IMG/VR virus record: IMGVR_UViG_3300020045_001587
Span: 19,725-83,724 of that record
Reading direction: 5' to 3' (one strand)
DNA: 64,000 bases
Source of the DNA: a virus
Lineage: Duplodnaviria > Caudoviricetes
Position 1 is the stretch's first letter; every line of letters begins with the position of its first letter. This document shows, piece by piece, positions 56,652 through 63,699 of the stretch. Under the pieces are notes generated by a model. That model was not told where the DNA came from and searched no databases. It saw nothing but the letters and a program-made list of their open reading frames with translations. The position numbers and the translations under genes were made by a program.

Positions 56652-56864
56652 TTAGTGATTAGCCGCTGCCTAATCTGCCACTATCTGCTCTTTACAAGCT
56701 GACCATGACGGGTGCATACGCGGGTCTCATCTGGATTTATAGAGCGGGGAGACTCACTCACACTCTTAATTATTGCTCCGTGTCAAACTTGAAATTGTGT
56801 CCGTTTAAGGCTCACGCCAGAGGTTTGCACTCCGAAGGCTTTAGGCTGATCAGGCCATTCTGTT

Positions 56865-56939
56865 TGGAGGCGAGTTCCAGAATTGCACTGGAGATAAGAG
56901 GTTACAAAGCTCACGTTATGCTGACTTAACTAACCCGCC
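56865..56939 (-). tRNA. atypical tRNA, anticodon UGU (Thr) with a Cys-like acceptor
   Basis: GGCGGGT/ACTCGCC plus UCCA; D-arm GTTA/TAAC; loop TTTGTAA; T-loop TGCAATT; two mismatches in the anticodon stem. Confidence 0.7.
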
Positions 56940-56947
56940 GTAATTAT

Positions 56948-57391
56948 TTAATCCTGCACACCCTTCAGAATACTCCGCACTTTCCAAGCAAGCTTCTGAT
57001 GAGCGTCAAGACGTTCTGCAATAAAATTAGCAATTCCTTGCTGACGTTCTTTCTGACTATCATCAAATGCCTCATTAAGCAAAGAAATGAACGTATTATT
57101 ATCCTTCTGTAAATCCGTGAAAATCTGCAAAGGGTCTGCCACAGGAATCGTAGCATCACTCACAGCAGACAAGCTAGTGAATTCTGACAAACTCGCAGGA
57201 GTGTAGCTATCTAGCGTGCGAATGTACTCAGCAATCTTATCCACTTGGTCATAAATGTCAGCATATATATCGCCAAGTAACTCATGATATTGTGGGAAGT
57301 CTCCACCTTCAATATTCCAATGATAGTTGGCTGTCTTGACAGAGAATAAATAGCTTGTAGCTAAAAGTGTTTTGAGACGGTCAACTAACAT
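56948..57391 (-). CDS. dps: Dps-family ferritin-like protein
   Basis: NYHWNIEG.DF.QYHEL..IY..I..QVDKIAE.IR.L; H.K.AW. Confidence 0.95.
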   Translation of the reverse strand: MLVDRLKTLLATSYLFSVKTANYHWNIEGGDFPQYHELLGDIYADIYDQVDKIAEYIRTLDSYTPASLSEFTSLSAVSDATIPVADPLQIFTDLQKDNNTFISLLNEAFDDSQKERQQGIANFIAERLDAHQKLAWKVRSILKGVQD

Positions 57392-57513
57392 TGGTTTCCT
57401 TTATAGGTAATTTAGAATTCTTCCCTTGCGGCTCTCCGCAGCATAAATTTCCCACATCAGGGTCATGTGGTGCCTAGTCATCTAAGGTAGCAACTCAGAT
57501 TCTTTTAAAACTA

Positions 57514-57628
57514 AAGGTGGTTAGTAATGAAACTCTAACTTAGCAGGCATGTTTTTGATTCCTCTCGAATACCCCCTCACGCCTACCGCACTCCGATATG
57601 CACTCAATCATTACTTGAGTAACACCTT
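57514..57628 (-). ncRNA. candidate four-way-junction structured RNA
   Basis: Four predicted helices, with G-U wobble pairs that work only on the minus strand. Confidence 0.5.
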
Positions 57629-57673
57629 ATTCTTTTCAAGTTCGCACTCAAGGTAGCGACTCATCTAAATTTC

Positions 57674-57758
57674 TGGTCCCTCCTACAGGACTCCAACCTG
57701 TAAGACTCTCGTCGCAAAGGCTTAAACTTTGTGTGTTTAGCGATTTCACCAAGGAGGG
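57674..57758 (-). tRNA. tRNA-Leu(UAA)
   Basis: CCCTCCT/AGGAGGG plus ACCA; CAAAG-TTTAAGC-CTTTG; variable arm; T-loop TTGGAGT. Confidence 0.85.
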
Positions 57759-57779
57759 AAGGTAGCGCCTTCAGATTCT

Positions 57780-57845
57780 TTACAGTCCGGGCTTTTTGTC
57801 CATAGTCCACGTATCACTTTTATTGAGAATAATTTCTTGACTCAT
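57780..57845 (-). CDS. 21-aa leader ORF of the tRNA operon
   Basis: SD AAGGA; MSQEIILNKSDTWTMDKKPGL. Confidence 0.45.
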   Translation of the reverse strand: MSQEIILNKSDTWTMDKKPGL

Positions 57846-57907
57846 GTTGTTTCCTTAAGTTAGTTTATAGCGCGGCCACTAATTACGCCACAGACTCAGT
57901 AACAGCT

Positions 57908-57935
57908 ATTATACAACAATTCTGCCAATTGTCAA
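57908..57935 (-). promoter_or_regulatory. promoter of the tRNA/Dps operon, 16-bp spacer
   Basis: TTGACA-ATTGGCAGAATTGTTG-TATAAT. Confidence 0.75.
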
Positions 57936-57939
57936 GAGG

Positions 57940-58227
57940 CTATTCAGAGATTGTGTTAAAATCAATAATTGGCCTATTGTCTTCTTGTAGCTGCGGAGCA
58001 CTCATGCTCTTAATCTTATGATCTAACAAGATTTGCTGCAACTCATCCTTACGAGCACTAGCAGACATATCCTTCAGTGCTGTCAGAAGCCTCGTAGAGG
58101 CATCCAGTGCAATCTTTTCATCGCTGCTGTCACACAACTGTGCAAGTTTATTGACAGCCTTTGTAGATTTTGCTGTAAGCTGCCTAATAGTCTTCTCTAA
58201 TTCGTGGGCCTTTGGCTTTGTAGCCAT
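57940..58227 (-). CDS. helical protein, terminase small subunit candidate
   Basis: First gene of the late strand, upstream of terL; SD AAGGAG; assignment by position only. Confidence 0.45.
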   Translation of the reverse strand: MATKPKAHELEKTIRQLTAKSTKAVNKLAQLCDSSDEKIALDASTRLLTALKDMSASARKDELQQILLDHKIKSMSAPQLQEDNRPIIDFNTISE

Positions 58228-58260
58228 AAATTCTCCTTGTGTTATTCTTTAATTTCGTGT

Positions 58261-58289
58261 ATTGTATCACCTAAGAGCCATTTTGTCAA
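58261..58289 (-). promoter_or_regulatory. sigma70 promoter, 17-bp spacer
   Basis: TTGACA-N17-TACAAT. Confidence 0.7.
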
Positions 58290-58320
58290 GCTTTTGCTAT
58301 TCTGACAACTATAACAACTC

Positions 58321-58348
58321 TTGACAACACGCAAAAATCTGTTATCAT
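58321..58348 (+). promoter_or_regulatory. promoter, 16-bp spacer class
   Basis: TTGACA-ACACGCAAAAATCTGT-TATCAT. Confidence 0.7.
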
Positions 58349-58390
58349 AAATCATCTACACAAATTGCTGTAGACAACAAGGAGAGGAAC

Positions 58391-58513
58391 ATGTTTGACA
58401 AAATTAAGTGGTCTGCTATCATTCTGTACAGCACACTCTGTAACAAAACTGTAGTGGATTTCTTCGGAAGCACTTATGCAGTATCTGGCAACTTTGTAAG
58501 AAAGATTCGTTGA
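58391..58513 (+). CDS. 40-aa hypothetical protein
   Basis: SD GAGGA. Confidence 0.5.
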   Translation: MFDKIKWSAIILYSTLCNKTVVDFFGSTYAVSGNFVRKIR

Positions 58514-58707
58514 TGGCAATATTTTATAGGAGTAAGAATTTGTACGACATCTACTACCGTGACGTAAAGAATGCTATACATTGCTTACAAGCTGAAGTAG
58601 ACTCCTATGAGGATGCTATCAAGGAAGTTGAACAGCATCTTACAGAAACACTTGAAGAATTTAAGAAACCTATTCTTGCACTAATTAAAGGAAGTAAAGC
58701 AGCATGA
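58510..58707 (+). CDS. hypothetical coiled-coil protein
   Basis: Overlaps neighbours. Confidence 0.6.
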   Translation: MMAIFYRSKNLYDIYYRDVKNAIHCLQAEVDSYEDAIKEVEQHLTETLEEFKKPILALIKGSKAA

Positions 58708-58826
58708 CCATTATTGAACAATTTGTAGACGAATACACCCGCATGGAGGACGACAAGGACATGCACTACAGTATTTATTACATCCCATCGTATTATCAAC
58801 CAGAAGGAGAAACCTATGCAATATGA
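58704..58826 (+). CDS. 40-aa hypothetical protein
   Basis: ATGA overlap; SD AAGGA. Confidence 0.45.
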   Translation: MTIIEQFVDEYTRMEDDKDMHYSIYYIPSYYQPEGETYAI

Positions 58827-59076
58827 AACACTAATCAATATTAGCTATCCAATTTTGATGCTGGAACTACAGAAATATATTTTGGATGGGTGGGTAATTA
58901 ATGAGAACAATCTTCCTGCACACTATCCTATGCAGTATTTTGAAGTACATCTAGTACGTGACGAACATCGAGAAGCTGTAAAAGAAGTGTTTGGTGAGGA
59001 CAGTGCTGTAATTGATTTTAGTAAAATTGCTGAGAAGCAAGAACCAGCTAAACGTGGCCCTAAGCCTAAGAATTAA
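58816..59076 (+). CDS. hypothetical protein
   Basis: SD AAGGAG; C-terminal AKRGPKPK. Confidence 0.65.
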   Translation: MQYETLINISYPILMLELQKYILDGWVINENNLPAHYPMQYFEVHLVRDEHREAVKEVFGEDSAVIDFSKIAEKQEPAKRGPKPKN

Positions 59077-59108
59077 ATTTTAAATAGTAACAACACAAAG
59101 GAATAGCT

Positions 59109-59858
59109 ATGTCAAAAAGTGCAAGCCGTTTTAGCAAAAAACAGTCCACTGGTTCGGATACTGATCGAGTGGTAAAAGCGAAGTTCCTTGCAGTGGCACG
59201 AGAAGAAGTGAAATTGAAAGCAATCACACCTCTCAATAAGCGACAAGAAGAATATTTTGAAGCACTCCAGACTAAAGATTTGGTTGTCGCCACTGGCTTT
59301 GCCGGGAGTAGCAAAACGTTTGCAGCATGTTGCTTTGCTGCTGATGCGTACAAGGCGGGAGAAATTAACAAGATTGTTCTGGCCCGTCCTGCTGAGAGTT
59401 CGTCTAAGTCTTTAGGCTTCGCTAAAGGCGACCAAAACGAGAAAATGATGCAATGGGTGTTGCCTATGATTTCGGTGTTGAATACTCGTCTTGGTAAAGC
59501 TGTCGTAGATTTGGCTCTACTTGAAGGAAATATCTGTCTGCAACCACTGGAGTCTATCAAAGGTATGAGTTTTGGTAAGAAAACTTGGGTTATCTGTGAT
59601 GAGTGTGAAGATTGCACAGTTGATGAAATCAAGTCTATTGTAACCCGGCACGGCGGGTGCAAGATGACTCTCTGCGGCGATGTATCCCAGAGTTGCCTTA
59701 AAGGTAATAGTGGTCTGAAAGCTCTTACTGAGATTGTAAAAGGATCAACTCGATTGCAGGAGAGTGCTGCACTTATTGACTTTGACCATTACGACCACAT
59801 TGTACGTAGTAAGTTGTGCAAGGATTTTATTATTGCTTATGATAAAGCGGGGTTCTAA
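59109..59858 (+). CDS. phoH: PhoH-family ATPase
   Basis: PLNKRQ..TGFAGSSKT..VLARP..IKGMSF..CDECED..GD..Q. Confidence 0.9.
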   Translation: MSKSASRFSKKQSTGSDTDRVVKAKFLAVAREEVKLKAITPLNKRQEEYFEALQTKDLVVATGFAGSSKTFAACCFAADAYKAGEINKIVLARPAESSSKSLGFAKGDQNEKMMQWVLPMISVLNTRLGKAVVDLALLEGNICLQPLESIKGMSFGKKTWVICDECEDCTVDEIKSIVTRHGGCKMTLCGDVSQSCLKGNSGLKALTEIVKGSTRLQESAALIDFDHYDHIVRSKLCKDFIIAYDKAGF

Positions 59859-60574
59859 TGGCAAAAACTATTCATACAATAAGTGAAGGGGAATCCTACG
59901 GTCTTTGGACTACATTATATCCTGTATCGGGTTTTACAGTAGAGAAATGGATGTGTAGATGTCAATGTGGTACTGAAAAACTTGTTATAAAGAGCCATTT
60001 ATACAATAGGGAATCAAACTCATGTGGTTGTGTAGGGAGGGCAAAAATAACTGAGAGAAACCTATCGCACGGTATGTCAAGAACAAAAGAACACAATACT
60101 TGGATGAGTATTAAATCACGTTGTTATAACAAAAACTCTCAAGATTATAAGGATTACGGAGAAGCAGGAATAACAGTATCTGACGATTGGCTACTCTCTT
60201 TTGAGAACTTCTTAGCGGACATGGGCCATTCCCCAAAAGATGAACAAAGGTGGAGCATAGGAAGGTTTGATAATTCAGTTGGTTATTGTAAAGAGAATTG
60301 CAGATGGGAAGTAGATTCACAGCAAGCAAGAAATCACACAATGCTTCGCAATAACACATCTGGGAAGAATGGCGTATCTATCCGTGTAAGAGATGGAAGA
60401 ACGTCTTTTGTGGCTCAATGGAGAGACTTGGATGGTAAGAAGCATTCCAAGGAATTTTCAGCAATGAAGTGGGGCTATGATAATGCACGAAATATGGCTT
60501 ATAAATGCCGCGATGATGCTATTGCAGATTTGAATTCTAAAGGCGCTGGATATTCTGACAAACATGGACTATAA
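59858..60574 (+). CDS. HNH-like homing endonuclease with AP2-like C-terminus
   Basis: CRCQCG..SCGC..HG.S.TKE..TW..IK.RC..FENFLADMG..SI.R.DN..GY.KENCRW. Confidence 0.85.
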   Translation: MAKTIHTISEGESYGLWTTLYPVSGFTVEKWMCRCQCGTEKLVIKSHLYNRESNSCGCVGRAKITERNLSHGMSRTKEHNTWMSIKSRCYNKNSQDYKDYGEAGITVSDDWLLSFENFLADMGHSPKDEQRWSIGRFDNSVGYCKENCRWEVDSQQARNHTMLRNNTSGKNGVSIRVRDGRTSFVAQWRDLDGKKHSKEFSAMKWGYDNARNMAYKCRDDAIADLNSKGAGYSDKHGL

Positions 60575-60583
60575 GGAAGTAAT

Positions 60584-61219
60584 ATGAACAAAAAAGCAAA
60601 CCACAGTAATTCTGAGCAAGAAGAATTTGCAATTACGTACCATGCTCACAAATCTGGTGTGTACAATATCTATCTGTTCGGTAATATAGAATCCGCGCAG
60701 CAGTTCGTTGGAGCCGTAGAGGTATTAGCTGCTGCTGGTCCAGACGATGTAGTTGTTATTCATTTGAGTACAGATGGTGGCTCACTTGATGCAACAGATA
60801 CATTTATCCAAAGCATACGAGAAACAGAGGCACATGTGGTGGCTAAAGTATCAGGATCGTGCTGCTCTGCTGGGACTCTCATTGCTCTTGCTGCTGATGA
60901 GTTCCAATTGTCAGAGAATGCTAGTTTTCTTTTCCATAATGGCGGGACAATTGTTGGTGGAAAATTCTCTGACTTCGTATCTCAAACTGAGTACACAAAG
61001 AAATATTTTGAAAAAGTTATGCGTACAAGCTACGAAGGGTTTTTTGATGAGTCTGAAATTAACGACCTTCTGCGTGGTATTGACTTCTGGATGGACAGTG
61101 AGGAATTCGTAGAGCGTCATAACAAGCGTAATGCTTACTACATGGCAGAATATGAAAAGGCCAATAAACCCTCTCGTCCTAAACGTGTCAAGAAAGAGTC
61201 CTTGACAGAACCTGAGTAA
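60584..61219 (+). CDS. clpP: ClpP-like serine protease
   Basis: STDGG, CCSAG (Ser), FHNG (His), DFWM (Asp). Confidence 0.85.
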   Translation: MNKKANHSNSEQEEFAITYHAHKSGVYNIYLFGNIESAQQFVGAVEVLAAAGPDDVVVIHLSTDGGSLDATDTFIQSIRETEAHVVAKVSGSCCSAGTLIALAADEFQLSENASFLFHNGGTIVGGKFSDFVSQTEYTKKYFEKVMRTSYEGFFDESEINDLLRGIDFWMDSEEFVERHNKRNAYYMAEYEKANKPSRPKRVKKESLTEPE

Positions 61220-61230
61220 TGTAAGACAAT

Positions 61231-61266
61231 AAGACCTGCTTGGCATTGTGCTGAGTAGGGCTTTAT
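61231..61266 (+). terminator. hairpin after clpP
   Basis: CCTGCTTGGCA...TGCTGAGTAGG followed by GCTTTATT. Confidence 0.4.
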
Positions 61267-61281
61267 TAATGGAGAGAATAG

Positions 61282-61425
61282 ATGGAAACCAAAGACAGCA
61301 CACAACTACAGAAGGATGAGCTAATACGCCAGATTAGGCACATGACAAGTTTTTGTACATGTCCTAGCTATATTAGTGTGGAACAACTGGAAGAATTTAT
61401 TGCTGTATTGAAGGGAGAGAAATAA
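61282..61425 (+). CDS. 47-aa hypothetical protein
   Basis: SD GGAG; TAATG overlap with the ligase. Confidence 0.55.
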   Translation: METKDSTQLQKDELIRQIRHMTSFCTCPSYISVEQLEEFIAVLKGEK

Positions 61426-62723
61426 TGTCGAAGGCTATTGTAGCAAAAGTGACAAGCACTATGGTTATTCCCGGTGCTGACAAAATTCATGTAGCTGTTG
61501 TGCTCGGAGAAAATTGTATTGTCAGCAAAGATGTCGGTGTAGGTTATATTGGACTATTGTTCCCAGCAGACACACAATTATCTGAAGACTATTGCAAGCA
61601 CAACAACTTGAATCGTTGCTGTGCAGACAATATTGACTCAAATAAAACTGGATTCTTTGATGCTAATCGTCGAGTACGAGTACAACCATTCTTGAAGGTA
61701 AAATCCACAGCTTATTTTGCTAGTTTGGACAGCTTATCTTACATTGGTCACACTGTAGACGAAGTGTCTCGTGCCAAATATGTTGCTCTAGGAACTACTT
61801 TTGACAATATTGAAGGTGTTCCTGTCTGTAACAAATACATCTCACAAGCTACTCGTGACAGTATTTCAAAACAGAATCGTCCCAAAATGGCTAAGGCCTC
61901 TGTGATGCCATACTTTGAGAAGCATGTGGATTCTGCACAGTTCAAGCATAGTGCTGCAATGATTCCAGTAGGTAGTTTGTTGAGCTTCCACGCCAAGGTG
62001 CATGGTACAAGTCATCGCAACAGCTACACCAAAGTTATTAATGATCTTCCTAAATGGAAACAGCTTGTGAACAAGGTTGCTCCTATCTTTGCAACTGAAG
62101 AATGGAAACACGTTGTAGGTACTCGAAATGTTATCCTTACAGAGAAAGCAGAAGGATTTCATGGCTCAGAACAATTCCGTTTTGATGTTATGGAGAGCTT
62201 GAAAGCTTACATGCCAAAAGGTATGACTATCTACGGTGAGATTGCAGGATATGCTAATGGTAAGCCGATTATGTCAGTGCATTCTGGTAAAGCAGCTAAG
62301 GACAAAGCTTTCTTGAAAAAGTATGGTGAGAATGTCATTTACAAGTATGGTTGCGCAGAACACGAATACCGTTTTCATGTCTATCGTATCACTCAACTTA
62401 CTCAAGATGGTGTGAATGTAGACTTCTCTCAGAAACAACTTGACCAGTGGTGTGCAGATCGTGGCATTCTTGGGCCTATAGAAGTAGCTCCTCAAGAAAT
62501 ATATGAGGGTGACTTGGAGAAACTTCTTGCTAAAGTTGAGCGGCTGACTGAGCGTGCAGAATCTATGTGTGACGACGTAATTGATGGAAGCCATCCAAGT
62601 GAGGGCATTATTGTTCGTGTAGATACTGGTAAAATGAATCCTTATTTTTTGAAGAGCAAATCTTACTTCTTCCTTACTCTGGAAGGTTTGTGCGAAGCTG
62701 TAGACACTGAGGATGCTGCTTAA
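61425..62723 (+). CDS. RNA ligase (Rnl2/DRB0094-type) with N-terminal tRNA-binding OB fold
   Basis: IPGADKI; motif I KVHGTS; IYGEI; FHVYRI; EGIIVR; LKSKS. Confidence 0.85.
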   Translation: MSKAIVAKVTSTMVIPGADKIHVAVVLGENCIVSKDVGVGYIGLLFPADTQLSEDYCKHNNLNRCCADNIDSNKTGFFDANRRVRVQPFLKVKSTAYFASLDSLSYIGHTVDEVSRAKYVALGTTFDNIEGVPVCNKYISQATRDSISKQNRPKMAKASVMPYFEKHVDSAQFKHSAAMIPVGSLLSFHAKVHGTSHRNSYTKVINDLPKWKQLVNKVAPIFATEEWKHVVGTRNVILTEKAEGFHGSEQFRFDVMESLKAYMPKGMTIYGEIAGYANGKPIMSVHSGKAAKDKAFLKKYGENVIYKYGCAEHEYRFHVYRITQLTQDGVNVDFSQKQLDQWCADRGILGPIEVAPQEIYEGDLEKLLAKVERLTERAESMCDDVIDGSHPSEGIIVRVDTGKMNPYFLKSKSYFFLTLEGLCEAVDTEDAA

Positions 62724-62938
62724 TGGACGGCCTATCATACAAGCAGAAATATGAATACCTTCTAAACCTTATAGAAATTCAAGACGTAGACTTGTGGGAG
62801 AAGGATGCTATGATGTGTATTTCTAGAACTTATTTTCAATTCTGGGATGAGCATGAATTGAAGGACAAGGATAAGGTTGTGGAGGCTTGCATGAATGATT
62901 GGTATTGCCAACGAGTTGTGAATGGGGAGAACAAATGA
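62723..62938 (+). CDS. hypothetical protein
   Basis: TAATG overlap. Confidence 0.6.
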   Translation: MDGLSYKQKYEYLLNLIEIQDVDLWEKDAMMCISRTYFQFWDEHELKDKDKVVEACMNDWYCQRVVNGENK

Positions 62939-63297
62939 CTGACAAATTAAAAGCCTATCGAGATAGCCTCACACCAGAACAGAAGAAGCATCTTCTTGAA
63001 ATGGCTAAAGCTGCACGATTGTCTAAAGCTGCTGAACGTGATGCTAATGCTCATCTCTTGAAAACAGAATATCTTGACAGCAATAATTGGGCTACGCTCG
63101 CTAGCAAATATAAAATTCGTATGCCACACATGAACGAGAAGGCTAGTGTGAAAGTAATTCGTAAATATTTGAAGAAGGCAGGAGTAAGTGTAGACAATTG
63201 GAATGACAGCTACACAAGTATGAATTATTTTGTGGACAATAACCCTCGTTGGACAGCTTATGCTGTTGCTGGTTTGATATTGGAGATGAAGGAATGA
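62935..63297 (+). CDS. hypothetical protein
   Basis: SD GGAG; ATGA overlap. Confidence 0.7.
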   Translation: MTDKLKAYRDSLTPEQKKHLLEMAKAARLSKAAERDANAHLLKTEYLDSNNWATLASKYKIRMPHMNEKASVKVIRKYLKKAGVSVDNWNDSYTSMNYFVDNNPRWTAYAVAGLILEMKE

Positions 63298-63569
63298 ACT
63301 TTGAAGAACAATTGAAAGTAATAGCACAACTAGACGCTTTACCAAGAAACGTCAAGAAGTTTGTTACATCGACAAATGACAAATACTTTGTAATGGGAGT
63401 GAAGCCGTGTCATTTCTTTTGCTATGATCACGAAGGCATTGAGATGTTGAGCTACTTTTCTAAAGAAGATGCTGTTGTAAAGTGCCAAGAGATTAAGGAG
63501 AAGCATTCAGATGGTTGGTATGACTACGGAGTATTTAAACTTTCAGCAGAACGTATAGAGTTTCCTTAG
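63294..63569 (+). CDS. hypothetical protein
   Basis: ATGA overlap; SD AAGGA. Confidence 0.6.
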   Translation: MNFEEQLKVIAQLDALPRNVKKFVTSTNDKYFVMGVKPCHFFCYDHEGIEMLSYFSKEDAVVKCQEIKEKHSDGWYDYGVFKLSAERIEFP

Positions 63570-63641
63570 AAATAAATAGCAATTAGACGAATTGTGATTT
63601 AGTGGGTAACTTTCTATGTCAATCATAATTTAAAACGTTTT

Positions 63642-63699
63642 AAAGCCACATTCCTTGAGACATTACGTTTCTTGGATATGTAGCTTTGTGTTTATTACT
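63642..63699. terminator. probable terminator between convergent genes
   Basis: Imperfect long hairpin AAAGC...GCTTT with a T-rich flank. Confidence 0.45.

Noticed and set aside
57392-57483. c-di-GMP or other known riboswitch in the Dps leader
   Set aside because: It lacks the conserved GEMM consensus as far as I can see by eye; it is retained only as a generic structured leader.
57780-57800. tRNA-Tyr fragment (GGACTGTAAA)
   Set aside because: No closing anticodon stem, D-arm or T-arm; the sequence lies inside the 21-aa leader ORF.
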